This document shows, in pieces, positions 27,835 through 40,100 of a stretch of 64,000 nt of DNA (its first letter is position 1; every line of letters starts with the position of its first letter). Origin of the DNA: Eledone cirrhosa (Eukaryota). The position numbers were made by a program, and so were the translations under genes. A model generated the notes under the pieces. The model made no database searches. It was not told where the DNA came from and saw only the letters and a list, made by a program, of their open reading frames with translations. The stretch lies in NCBI GenBank assembly GCA_964016885.1, contig OZ024743.1, positions 321,966,001 to 322,030,000 of the forward strand. The letters are read 5' to 3'.

Positions 27835-28560
27835 CTTCACATAAGAATACAAGGACACCTCAATACTAACGCTTCCTCATTTAAGAAACATCTAGTGAAA
27901 TGCAAAAACACCGACAAAACCATAACAGTTAGGATAGAAACTAAGGAAAGAAACCTCGGCAATCTTAGAATTAAGGAACCACTGATTATAGACAAAACAA
28001 CCACCAATCAATAATAGAGTAGAACTCAACACCCAATTTATAACTTGATAGAGCATCTAGCCCCATACTTACACCACCACCGCCTCCCACACACACGCAC
28101 ACACACACGCACAAACACACACACACACACACGCTTACACCTCCACTTATTCTCTCTCACACACACATCCACACACAAAGACCAGTTCTAACACGAGAGA
28201 GCATCTATCCCCCACATTTACGTATAGACATATCTTCTCACACTCACACACACACACATACTTACACTTTCACGTATTCTCCCACACACTTAAACATACA
28301 TGTACAAAACCCTTTTTAAAGGGAGACTACTCTTTATCCACCTAACCTTCACTCTCTGACATTAGAGATAGAACAGATACTCTATTCCATTTCCTGTCAG
28401 CATGACTTGGCAAGCTATTTAGAACGCTGGTTTAACCGCTTTACTTCCCTCCGAAGAAGAGATATTATCTCGAAAATTAAGGACATTTAAATAAATTTAA
28501 GGTAAAAGACTAATTGTCAACAATATCTTTTGCATTTGCATTTATATTCTATGTCCATAC
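27835..28560 (+). mobile_element. Penelope-like element 3' fragment: GIY-YIG endonuclease C-terminus plus 3' region with degenerate hammerhead
   Basis: From 27835: LHIRIQGHLNTNASSFKKHLVKCKN..NLGNLRIKEPLII../PINNRVEL (conserved R..H, E and N of PLE GIY-YIG). Downstream CCGAAGA-a-GAGAT/ATCTC-GAAA-AT-TA motif at 28446-28483. Confidence 0.78.
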
Positions 28561-28694
28561 CTGCATTGTTTTGGCTTTACAAATACAAACGTTTATACAT
28601 CATTACACAATGCTTCAAGTGAACTATAACTTCCTCCTTTATATGTATATATAATGAAGAAAACCGAAGGTTAACAAATTAAATCGATTCTTTA

Positions 28695-28825
28695 ATTTCT
28701 GCGTACGTTTCTATACAGGTAACAATGGTACATACATAGGTAAACAATAAGTTAATCAGAAACAGTTAATTCGCAATTGTACACACAAGACATAATACAT
28801 ATAACTACTGCATATCTTCAGGAAT
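28695..28825 (-). ncRNA. Decayed hammerhead motif
   Basis: Reverse strand TTC-CTGAAGA-TATGCAG..CTGTATA-GAAA-CGTACG-CA-GAA; U16.1 mutated. Confidence 0.5.
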
Positions 28826-29751
28826 AAAGTTTACCAAATTCAAATAAGAATAGATCCCATATCAAATATTGGACGTAAGGTAAGCAGTTAACGAAGACTG
28901 TACATGAAATGGTTCCAACGCGCACAGTTGTGGAAGATTGTGACTATAAGTAGAGGTAATGAGCATTACTTCTTATTATTAGCAATATCATTATTTATTA
29001 CTATTATAGTTAGAAGAGTATTCGTTGGTGTTTAGATAAAATACATAGACAGGAAAGTGAAAGGCCAGGAAGTGAAGTAAATTAGTTAAGAGACTGGTAT
29101 GAATTCCGCGTAAAAAGATACATACGTAAATTATCGTTAATGTTAATCTGGTTCGAAATTCAAATACACGCGGAGAACCGAATAGGCCGACCTCATATTT
29201 TGTTGTCAGTTATAAGCATTCGAAAATTCAATAACTCCCAGTGTATATGTATAACTCCCAGTATATATCCATAATTCCAGTTAAAACTTTCCCAAACCTA
29301 GTCTACCTCTACAACATCTGGCATACCTTTACCATACATGGCATACCTCAACAATACCTAGCCTACTTCAACCATCCCTAGTATACTTCTACAACACTTT
29401 GTATACCGCTATAACTATGGCTATATCTCTATAAGGCCTGATGCATTACTATAACTCCAGCTAAACCTAGTGTACCACGTTTATAACTCCAACTAAACCA
29501 TTATAACTCTTGCCTCATTTATCTTGCAGAAGGAAAGAGACACTACGAAAAACATTCTTCCCAAGCAGAAACGTTTTTTTTTTTCGGTCCTTCCATAGAT
29601 GTCTGTTACCAGAAAACTGAAGCAATCAGACAAGCCTCACTCAAACCACCCACTACTACCTTTAAAAAGAAGGGATCCATTGAATAATGTACACTCGTGC
29701 ACACACGCATACACACACACACACACACACACACACGCGCGCGCGCGCACG

Positions 29752-29808
<57 letters not shown>

Positions 29809-30066
29809 ATACATACATACATACACACACACACATACAATGAAATATTAAATATTAAGCGTTTGAGGTCACATTAAGTTGGTGAGTTGAATGAATGAGA
29901 AATGTTCGTATTTGGGATGGGAATAAAGACAAGAAGACGAAACAAAAACGAACAAAATATACAGTAAAAAGTAAGTGGCGGTGGGCTGATGGGAGGTGGA
30001 GGAATAAGAGAAATAAGTGAAATATAATGCTGACTAGAAATTAGTATTCAGTTAAAAACTGTGTAA

Positions 30067-30572
30067 ATAACAGATTAGTACATGTAATATGACGTAGCCA
30101 GCTTCTCGTGTCATCTGGAGCCAGCTGGCCTCGACCGTCGTCAGGGACAGTTGTAACAGAATAGTACATGTACTATGACGTAGCCAGCTTCTCGTGTCAT
30201 CTGGAGCCAGCTGGCCTCGACCGTCGTCAGGGACAGTTGTAACAGAATAGTACATGTACTATGACGTAGCCAGCTTCTCGTGTCATCTGGAGCCAGCTGG
30301 CCTCGACCGTCGTCAGGGACAGTTGTAACAGAATAGTACATGTACTATGACGTAGCCAGCTTCTCGTGTCATCTGGAGCCAGCTGGCCTCGACCGTCGTC
30401 AGGGACAGTTGTAACAGAATAGTACATGTACTATGACGTAGCCAGCTTCTCGTGTCATCTGGAGCGAGTTGGTCTCGGCCGTCGTCAGGGTCTGTCGTCA
30501 TAGATTAGTGCATGTACTGTGACGCGGCCAGCTTCCCATCATATCTGGAGCAAGCTGGCCTCGACCACCGTG
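30067..30572. repeat. 86-bp tandem repeat, ~6 units (central units identical)
   Basis: AGTACATGTACTATGACGTAGCCAGC..GTAACAGAAT recurs every 86 bp; outer units diverge. Confidence 0.95.
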
Positions 30573-31126
30573 AGTGTAAGAAACCCTCTTCTCAAGAGAG
30601 GAAGGTAAATCCCTGATCTGTGAGGTGATGTTTTGCGACTCGTTCTCCACTTCCAATCTCGTCGCTTCGGTTGCAAATCCGGGAACTGCCGCCAATACTG
30701 CAGATGAAAGATAACTAAATACCGAGGCTTAATTGACCGCTTCATTTCTGCGCCGGTCACCGTCAACATCTCTGGTGTACTCGGTCCCCGAACTTCTGTT
30801 TTCCTCCCTAACACCGGAATGACAGCGACATACCAGAGGAAGCAGCACTGTAGGGACTGGGGTATCTGTTGCAGTGGGTGTCACTGACCATTCTGTCCGC
30901 GGGAGGGGGGGGGGGCATAGCTGAAACTCAACTGATACTGGGGAGTGGGGTAGAGTCTATCACTCCACCTCTCCCTTTCTTTAATTGCTTAATTTCGTTT
31001 CTGTTCTTTTTCTTCTATGTTATCTCATTGCCATTTATAATGTAGTTTTTATCACATTTTTAATTTAACTATTAAGGCAAAGCAAGGGGAGAAATGTTTT
31101 CCCAGGGACACATTAAAATATCTGTC

Positions 31127-34100
31127 ATAGTAGTGTAGTGGTAGTAGCCTGTCGTGGTGTTATGTTGGAAGTGGTATATCGTGGTGGTATGGTGGTAGTG
31201 GTATATGGTGATGGTATGGTGGTAGTGGAATATCGTGGTGGTATGGTGGTAGTGGTATATGGTAGTGGTATATCTTGGTGGTATGGTGGTAGTGGTAAAT
31301 GGTGGTGGTATGGTGGTAGTGGTATATCGTGGTGGTATGGTGGTATTGGTATATCGTGCTGGTATGGTGGTAATGGTCTGTCGTGGTGGTATGGCGGTAG
31401 TGGTATATCGTGGTGGTATGGTGGTAGTGGTCTGTCGTGCTGGTATGGTGGTAGTGGTATATCGTAGTGGTATTGTGGTAGTGGTCGGCCGCAGTGGTAT
31501 GGTGGTAGTGGTATATCGTGGTGGTATGGTGGTAGTGGAATATCGTGATGGTATGGTGGTAGTAGCCTGTCGTAGTGGTATGGTGGTAGTGGTATATCGT
31601 GGTGGTATGGTGGTAGTGGTATATCGTAGTGGCATGGTGGTAGTGGTATATCGTGCTGGTATGGTGGTAGTGGTCTGTCTTAGTGGTATGGTGGTAGTGG
31701 TCTGTCTTAGTGGTATGGTGGTAGTGGAATATTGTGGTGGTATGGTGATAGTGGTCTGTCGTAGTGGTATAGTGGTAGTGGTATATCGTGGTGGTATGGT
31801 GGTAGTGGTATATCGTGGTGGTATAGTGGTAGTGGTATATCGTGATGGTATGGTGGTAGTGGTCTGTCGTAGTGGTATGGTGGTAGTGGAATATCGTAGT
31901 GGTATGGTGGTAGTGGTCTGTCGTAGTGGTATGGTGGCAGTGGTATATGGTGGTAGTGGTCTGTCGTGGTGGTATGGTGGTAGTGGTCTGTCGTGGTGGT
32001 ATGGTAGTAGTGGTATATCGTGGTGGTATGGTGGTAGTGGTATATCGTGGTGGTATGGTGGTAGTGGTATATCGTGGTGGTATGGTGGTAGTGGTCTGTC
32101 GTAGTGGTATGGTGGTAGTGGTATGGTGGTAGTGGTCTGTCGTAGTGGTATGGTGGTAGTGGTATATCGTGCTGGTATGGTGGTAGTGGTCTGTCGTAGT
32201 GGTATGGTGGTAGTGGAATATTGTGGTGGTATGGTGGTAGTGGTCTGTCGTAGTGGTATAGTGGTAGTGGTATATCGTGGTGGTATAGTGGTAGTGGTAT
32301 ATCGTGGTGGTATGGTGGTATGGTGGTATATCGTGGTGTTATGGTGGTAGTGGTCTGTCGTAGTGGTATGGTGTAGTGGTATATCGTGGTGGTATGGTGG
32401 TAGTGGTCTGTCGTAGTGGTATGGTGGTAGTGGTCTGCCGTAGTGGTATGGTGGTAGTGGTCTGTCGTAATGGTATTGCGGTAGTGGTCCGTCGTAGTGG
32501 TATTGCGTAGTGGTCCGTCGTAGTGGTCTGTCGTAGTGGTATGGTGGTAGTGGTCTGTCGTAGTGGTATGGTGGTAGTGGTCTGTCGTAGTGGTATGGTG
32601 GTAGTGGTCTGTCGTAGTGGTATGGTGGTAGTGGTCTGTCGTAGTGGTATGGTGGTAGGGGTATGTCGTAGTGGTATGGTGGTAGGGGTCTGTCGTAGTG
32701 GTATGGTGGTAGTGGTCTGTTGTAGTGGTATGGTGGTAGTGGTCTGTCGTAGTGGTATGGTGGTAGTGGTGTGTCGTAGTGGTCTGTCGTAGTGGTCTGT
32801 GGAAGGGGTCTGTCGTAGTGGTATGGTGGTAGTGGTCTGTCGTAGTGGTATGGTGGTAGTGGTCTGTCGTAGTGGTATGGTGGTAGTGGTCTGTCGTAGT
32901 GGTATGGTGGTAGGGGTCTGTCGTAGTGGTATGGTGGTAGTGGTCTGTCGTAGTGGTATGGTGGTAGTGGTCTGTCGTAGTGGTATGGTGGTAGGGGTCT
33001 GTCGTAGTGGTATTGCGGTAGTGGTCCGTCGTAGTGGTATGGTGGTAGTGGTCAGTCGTAGTGGTATGGTGGTAGTTGTCTGTCGTAGTGGTATGGTGGT
33101 AGTGGTCTGTCGTAGTGGTATGGTGGTAGGGGTCTGTCGTAGTGGTATGGTGGTAGGGGTCTGTCGTAGTGGTATGGTGGTAGGGGTCTGTCGTAGTGGT
33201 ATGGTGGTAGTGGTCTGTCGAAGTGGTATGGCGGTAGTGGTCTGTTGTAGTGGTATTGCGGTAGTGGTCTGTCGTAGTGGTATGGCGGTAGTGGTCTGTC
33301 GTAGTGGTATGGTGGTAGTGGTCTGTCGTAGTGGTATGGTGGTAGTGGTCTGTCGTAGTGGTATGGTGGTAGTGGTCTGTCGTAGTGGTATGGTGGTAGG
33401 GGTCTGTCGTAGTGGTATGGTGGTAGGGGTCTGTCGTAGTGGTATGGTTGTAGTGGTCTGTCGTAGTGGCATGGTTGTAGTGGTCTGTCGTAGTGGTATA
33501 GTGGTAGGGGTCTGTCGTAGTGGTATGGTGGTAGTGGTCTGTCGTAGTGGTATGGTGGTAGTGGTCTGTCGTAGTGGTATGGTGGTAGGGGTCTGTCGTA
33601 GTGGTATGGTGGTAGTGGAATATTGTGGTGGTATGGTGGTAGTGGTCTGTCGTAGTGGTATAGTGGTAGTGGTATATCGTGGTGGTATAGTGGTAGTGGT
33701 ATATCGTGGTGGTATGGTGGTATATCGTGGTGTTATGGTGAAGGTGGTCTGTCGTAGTGGTATGGTGTAGTGGTATATCGTGGTGGTATGGTGGTAGTGG
33801 TCTGTCGTAGTGTTATGGTGGTATGGTGGTAGTGGTATATCGTGGTGGTATGGTAGTAGTGGTCTGTCGTAGTGGTATGATGGTAGTGGTATATCGTGGT
33901 GGTATGGTGGTAGTGGTCTGTCGTAGTGGTCTGGTGGTAGTGGTATATCGTGCTAGTATGGTGGTAGTGGTATATCGTGGTAGTGGTCTGTCATAGTTGT
34001 ATGCTGGTAGAGGTATATCGTAGTGGTATGGTGGTAGTGGTATATCGCGGTAGTATGGTGGTAGTGATCTGTCGTAGTGGTATAGTGGTAGTGGTATATC

Positions 34101-37100
34101 GTGGTGGTATGGTGGTAGTGGTATATCGTGGTGGTATGGTGGTAGTGGTATATCGTGGTGGTATGGTGGGAGTGGTATATCGTGGTGGTATGGTGGTAGT
34201 GGTATATCGTGGTGGTATGGTGGTAGTGGTATATCGTGGTGGTATAGTGGTAGTGGTATATCGTGATGGTATGGTGGTAGTGGTCTGTGGTGGTGGTATG
34301 GTGGTAGTGGAATATCGTGGTGGTAGTGGTATATCGTGGTGGTATGGTGGTAGTGGTATATCGTAGTGGCATGGTGGTAGTGGTATATCGTGGTGGTATG
34401 GTGGTAGTGGTCTGTGGTGGTGGTATGGTGGTAGTGGAATATCGTGGTGGTATGGTGGTAGTGGTATATCGTGGTGGTATGGTGGTAGTGGTATATCGTG
34501 GTGGTATGGTGGTAGTGGTATATCGTAGTGGCATGGTGGTAGTGGTATATCGTGGTGGTATGGTGGTAGTGGTATATCGTGGTGGTATGGTGGTAGTGGT
34601 CTGTCGTAGTGGTATGATGGTAGTGGTATATCGTGGTGGTATGGTAGTAGTGGTCTGTCGTAGTAGTATGGTGGTAGTGGTATATCGTGGTGGTATGGTG
34701 GTAGTGGTCTGTCTTAGTGGTATGGTGGTAGTGGCATATCGTGGTGGTATGGTGGTAGTGGTATATCGTGGTGGTATGGTGGTAGTGGAATATCGTGGTG
34801 GTATGGTGGCAGTGGTATATCGTGATGGTATGGTGGTAGTGGTCTGTCGTAGTGGTATGGTGGTAGTGGAATATCGTAGTGGTATGGTGGTAGTGGTCTG
34901 TCGTAGTGGTATGGTGGCAGTGGTATATGGTGGTAGTGGTCTGTCGTGGTGGTATGGTGGTAGTGGTCTGTCGTGGTGGTATGGTAGTAGTGGTATATCA
35001 TGGTGGTATGGTGGTAGTGGTATATCGTGGTGGTATGCTGGTAGTGGTCTGTCGTAGTGGTATGGTGGTAGTGGTATATCGTGCTGGTATGGTGGTAGTG
35101 GTCTGTCGTAGTGGTATGGTGGTAGTGGAATATTGTGGTGGTATGGTGGTAGTGGTATATCGTGGTGGTATAGTGGTAGTGGTATATCGTTATGGTATGG
35201 TGGTAGTGGTCTGTCGTAGTGGTACGGTGATAGTGGAATATCGTAGTGGTATGGTGGTAGTGGTCTGTCGTAGTGGTATGGTGGCAGTGGTATATGGTAG
35301 TAGTGGTCTGTCGTGGTGGTATGGTGGTAGTGGTCTGTCGTGGTGGTATGGTAGTAGTGGTATATCGTGGTGGTATGGTGGTAGTGGTATATCGTGGTAG
35401 TATGGTGGTAGTGGTATATCGTGGTGGTATGGTGGTAGTGGTCTGTCGTAGTGGTATGGTGGTAGTGGTATGGTGGTAGTGGTCTGTCGTAGTGGTATGG
35501 TGGTAGTGGTATATCGTGCTGGTATGGTGGTAGTGGTCTGTCATAGTGGTATGGTGGTAGTGGAATATTGTGGTGGTATGGTGGTAGTGGTCTGTCGTAG
35601 TGGTATAGTGGTAGTGGTATATCGTGGTGGTATAGTGGTATATCGTGGTGGTATGGTGGTATATCGTGGTGTTATGGTGGTAGTGGTCTGTCGTAGTGGT
35701 ATGGTGTAGTGGTATATCGTGGTGGTATGGTGGTAGTGGTCTGTCGTATTGGTATGGTGGTAGTGGTCTGTCGTAGTGGTATGGTGGTAGTGGTCTGTCG
35801 TAATGGTATTGCGGTAGTGGTCCGTCGTAGTGGTATTGCGGTAGTGGTCCGTCGTAGTGGTATGGCGGTAGTGGTCTGTCGTAGTGGTATGGCGGTAGTG
35901 GTCTGTCGTAGTGGTATGGTGGTAGTGGTCTGTCGTAGTGGTATGGTGGTAGCAGTCTGTCGTAGTGGTATGGTGGTAGTGGTCTGTCGTAGTGGTATGG
36001 TGGTAGTGGTCTGTCGTAGTGGTATGGTGGTAGGGGTATGTCGTAGTGGTATGGTGGTAGGGGTCTGTCGTAGTGGTATGGTGGTAGTGGTCTGTCGTAG
36101 TGGTATGGTGGTAGTGGTCTGTCGTAGTGGTATGGTGGTAGTGGTCTGTCGTAGTGGTCTGGTGGAAGGGGTCTGTCGTAGTGGTATGGTGGTAGTGGTC
36201 TGTCGTAGTGGTCTGTCGTAGTGGTATGGTGGTAGTGGTCTGTCGTAGTGGTATGGTGGTAGGGGTCTGTCGAAGTGGTATGGTGGTAGTGGTCTGTCGT
36301 AGTGGTATGGTGGTAGTGGTCTGTCGTAGTGGTATGGTGGTAGGGGTCTGTCGTAGTGGTATTGCGGTAGTGGTCCGTCGTAGTGGTATGGTGGTAGTGG
36401 TCCGTCGTAGTGGTTTTGTGGTAGTGGTCTGTCGTAGTGGTATGGTGGTAGTTGTCTGTCGTAGTGGTATGGTGGTAGTGGTATGGTGGTAGTGGTCTGT
36501 CGTAGTGGTATGGTGGTAGGGGTCTGTCGTAGTGGTATGGTGGTAGGGGTCTGTCGTAGTGGTATGGCGGTAGTGGTCTGTCGTAGTGGTCTGTCGTAGT
36601 GGTATGGCGGTAGTGGTCTGTTGTAGTGGGTGCGGTAGTGGTCTGTCGTAGTGGTATGGCGGTAGTGGTCTGTCGTAGTGGTATGGTGGTAGTGGTCTGT
36701 CGTAGTGGTATGGTGGTAGTGGTCTGTCGTAGAGGTATGGTGGTAGTGGTCTGTCGTAGTGGTATGGTGGTAGGGGTCTGTCGTAGTGGTATGGTGGTAG
36801 GGGTCTGTCGTAGTGGTATGGTTGTAGTGGTCTGTCGTAGTGGTCTGTCGTAGTGGTATGGTGGTACGGGTCTGTCGTAGTGGTATGGTGGTAGTGGTCT
36901 GTCGTAGTGGTATGGTGGTAGTGGTCTGTCGTAGTGGTATGGTGGTAGGGGTCTGTCGTAGTGGTATGGTGGTAGTGGAATATTGTGGTGGTATGGTGGT
37001 AGTGGTCTGTCGTAGTGGTATAGTGGTAGTGGTATATCGTGGTGGTATGGTGGTAGTGGTATATCGTGGTGGTATGGTGGTAGTGGTATATCGTGGTGGT

Positions 37101-40100
37101 ATGGTGGTAGTGGTATATCGTGGTGGTATGGTGGTAGTGGTATATCGCGGTAGTATGGTGGTAGTGGTCTGTCGTAGTGGTAGGGTGGTAGTGGTCTGTC
37201 GTAGTGGTCTCTCGTAGTGGTATGGCGGTAGTGGTCTGTCGTAGTGGTATGGCGGTAGTGGTCTGTCGTAGTGGTATGGTGGTAGTGGTATATCGTGGTG
37301 GTATGGTGGTAGTGGTCTGTCGTAGTGGTATGGTGGTAGTGATATATCGTAGTGGTCTGTCGTAGTGGTATGGTGGTAGTGGTCTGTCGTAGTTGTATGG
37401 TGGTAGTGGTCTGTCGTAGTGGTATGGTGGTAGGGGTCTGTCGTAGTGGTATGGTGGTAGTGGTCTGTCGTAGTGGTATGGTGGTAGTGGTCTGTCGTAG
37501 TGGTATGGTGGTAGTGGTCTGTCGTAGTCGTATGGTGGTAGTGATCTGTCGTAGTGGTATGTTGGTAGTGGTCTGTCGTAGTGGTATGGTGGTAGTGGTC
37601 TGTCGTAGTGGTATGGTGGTAGTGGTCTGTCGTAGTGGTATGGTGGTAGTGGTCTGTCGTAGCGGTATGGTGGTAGGGGTCTGTCGTAGCGGTATGGTGG
37701 TAGGGGTCTGTCGTAGCGGTATGGTGGTAGGGGTCTGTCGTAGCGGTATGGTGGTAGGGGTCTGTCGTAGCGGTATGGTGGTAGTGGTCTGTCGTAGCGG
37801 TATGGCGGTAGTGGTCTGTCGTAGTGGTATGGCGGTAGTGGTCTGTCGTAGTGGTATGGCGGTAGTGGTCTGTCGTAGTGGTATGGCGGTAGTGGTCTGT
37901 CGTAGTGGTATGGCGGTAGTGGTCTGTCGTAGTGGTATGGCGGTAGTGGTCTGTCGTAGTGGTATGGCGGTGGTGGTCTGTCGTAGTGGTATGGCGGTGG
38001 TGGTCTGTCGTAGTGGTATGGCGGTAGTGGTCTGTCGTAGTGGTATGGCGGTAGTGGTCTGTCGTAGTGGTATGGCGGTAGTGGTCTGTCGTAGTGGTAT
38101 GGCGGTGGTGGTCTGTCGTAGTGGTATGGCGGTGGTGGTCTGTCGTAGTGGTATGGCGGTAGTGGTCTGTCGTAGTGGTATGGCGGTAGTGGTCTGTCGT
38201 AGTGGTATGGCGGTAGTGGTCTGTCGTAGTGGTATGGCGGTAGTGGTCTGTCGTAGTGGTATGGCGGTGGTGGTCTGTCGTAGTGGTATGGCGGTGGTGG
38301 TCTGTCGTAGTGGTATGGCGGTGGTGGCCTGTCGTAGTGGTATGGCGGTAGTGGTCTGTCGTAGTGGTATGGCGGTAGTGGTCTGTCGTAGTGGTATGGC
38401 GGTAGTGGTCTGTCGTAGTGGTATGGTGGTAGTGGTCTGTCGTAGTGGTATGGTGGTAGTGGTCTGTCGTAGTGGTATGGTGGTAGGGGTCTGTCGTAGT
38501 GGTATGGTGGTAGTGGTCTGTCGTAGTGGTATGGTGGTAAGGGTCTGTCGTACTGGTATGGTGGTAGTGGTCTGTCGTAGTGGTATTGCGGTAGTGGTCC
38601 GTCGTAGTGGTATGGTGGTAGTGGTCTGTCGTAGTGGTATGGTGGTAGTGGTCTGTCGTAGTGGTATGGTGGTAGTGGTCTGTCGTAGTGGTATGGTGGT
38701 AGAGGTCTGTCGTAGTGGTATGGTGGTAGGGGTCTGTCGTAGTGGTATGGCGGTAGTGGTCTGTCGTAGTGGTATGGTGGTAGTGGTCTGTCGTAGTGGT
38801 ATGGTGGTAGTGGTCTGTCGTAGTGGTATGGTGGTAGGGGTCTGTCGTAGTGGTATGGTGGTAGTGGTCTGTCGTAGTGGTATGGTGGTAGTGGTCTGTC
38901 GTAGTGTTATGGTGGTAGTGGTCTGGTGGTAGTGGTCTGTCGTAGTGGTATTGCGGTAGTGGTCTGTCGTAGTGGTATGGTGGTAGTGGTCTGGTGGTAG
39001 TGGTCTATCGTAGTGGTATGGCGGTAGTGGTCTGTCTTAGTGGTCTGTCGTAGTGGTATGGTGGTAGTGGTCTGGTGGTAGTGGTCTGTCGTAGTGGTAT
39101 GGCGGTAGTGGTCTGTCGTAGTGGTATTGCGGTAGTGGTCTATCGTAGTGGTCTGTCGTAGTGGTATGGTGGTAGTGGTATGGTGGTAGTGGTCTGTCGT
39201 AGTGGTATGGTGGTAGTGGTCTGTCGTAGTGGTATGGTGGTAGTGGTCTGTCGTAGTGGTATGGTGATAGGGGTCTGTCGTAGTGGTATGGTGGTAGGGG
39301 TCTGTCGTAGTGGTATAGTGGTAGTGGTCTGTCGTAGTGGTATGGTGGTAGTGGTCTGTCGTAGTGGTATGGTGGTAGTGGTCTGTCGTAGTGGTATGGT
39401 GGTAGTGGTCTGTCGTAGTGGTATGGTGGTAGTGGTCTGTCGTAGTGGTATGGTGGTAGTGGTCTGTCGTAGTGGTATGGTGGTAGGGGTCTGTCGTAGT
39501 GGTATGGTGGTAGGGGTCTGTCGTAGTGGTATGGTGGTAGTGGTCTGTCGTAGTGGTATGGTGGTAGTGGTCTGTCGTAGTGGTATGGTGGTAGTGGTCT
39601 GTCGTAGTGGTATGGTGGTAGGGGTCTGTCGTAGTGGTATGGCGGTAGTGGTCTGTCGTAGTGGTATGGCGGTAGTGGTCTGTCGTAGTGGTATGGCGGT
39701 AGTGGTCTGTCGTAGTGGTATGGCGGTAGTGGTCTGTCGTAGTGGTATGGCGGTGGTGGTCTGTCGTAGTGGTACGGCGGTGGTGGTCTGTCGTAGTGGT
39801 ACGGCGGTAGTGGTCTGTCGTAGTGGTATGGCGGTAGTGGTCTGTCGTAGTGGTATGGCGGTAGTGGTCTGTCGTAGTGGTATGGCGGTGGTGGTCTGTC
39901 GTAGTGGTATGGCGGTGGTGGTCTGTCGTAGTGGTATGGCGGTAGTGGTCTGTCGTAGTGGTATGGCGGTAGTGGTCTGTCGTAGTGGTATGGCGGTAGT
40001 GGTCTGTCGTAGTGGTATGGCGGTAGTGGTCTGTCGTAGTGGTATGGCGGTGGTGGTCTGTCGTAGTGGTATGGCGGTGGTGGTCTGTCGTAGTGGTATG

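Noticed and set aside
30067-30572. CRISPR-like array, or tandem hammerhead (minus-strand CTGACGA in each unit)
   Set aside because: No variable spacers and a eukaryotic context; no GAAA-stem III-NUH follows the CTGACGA.
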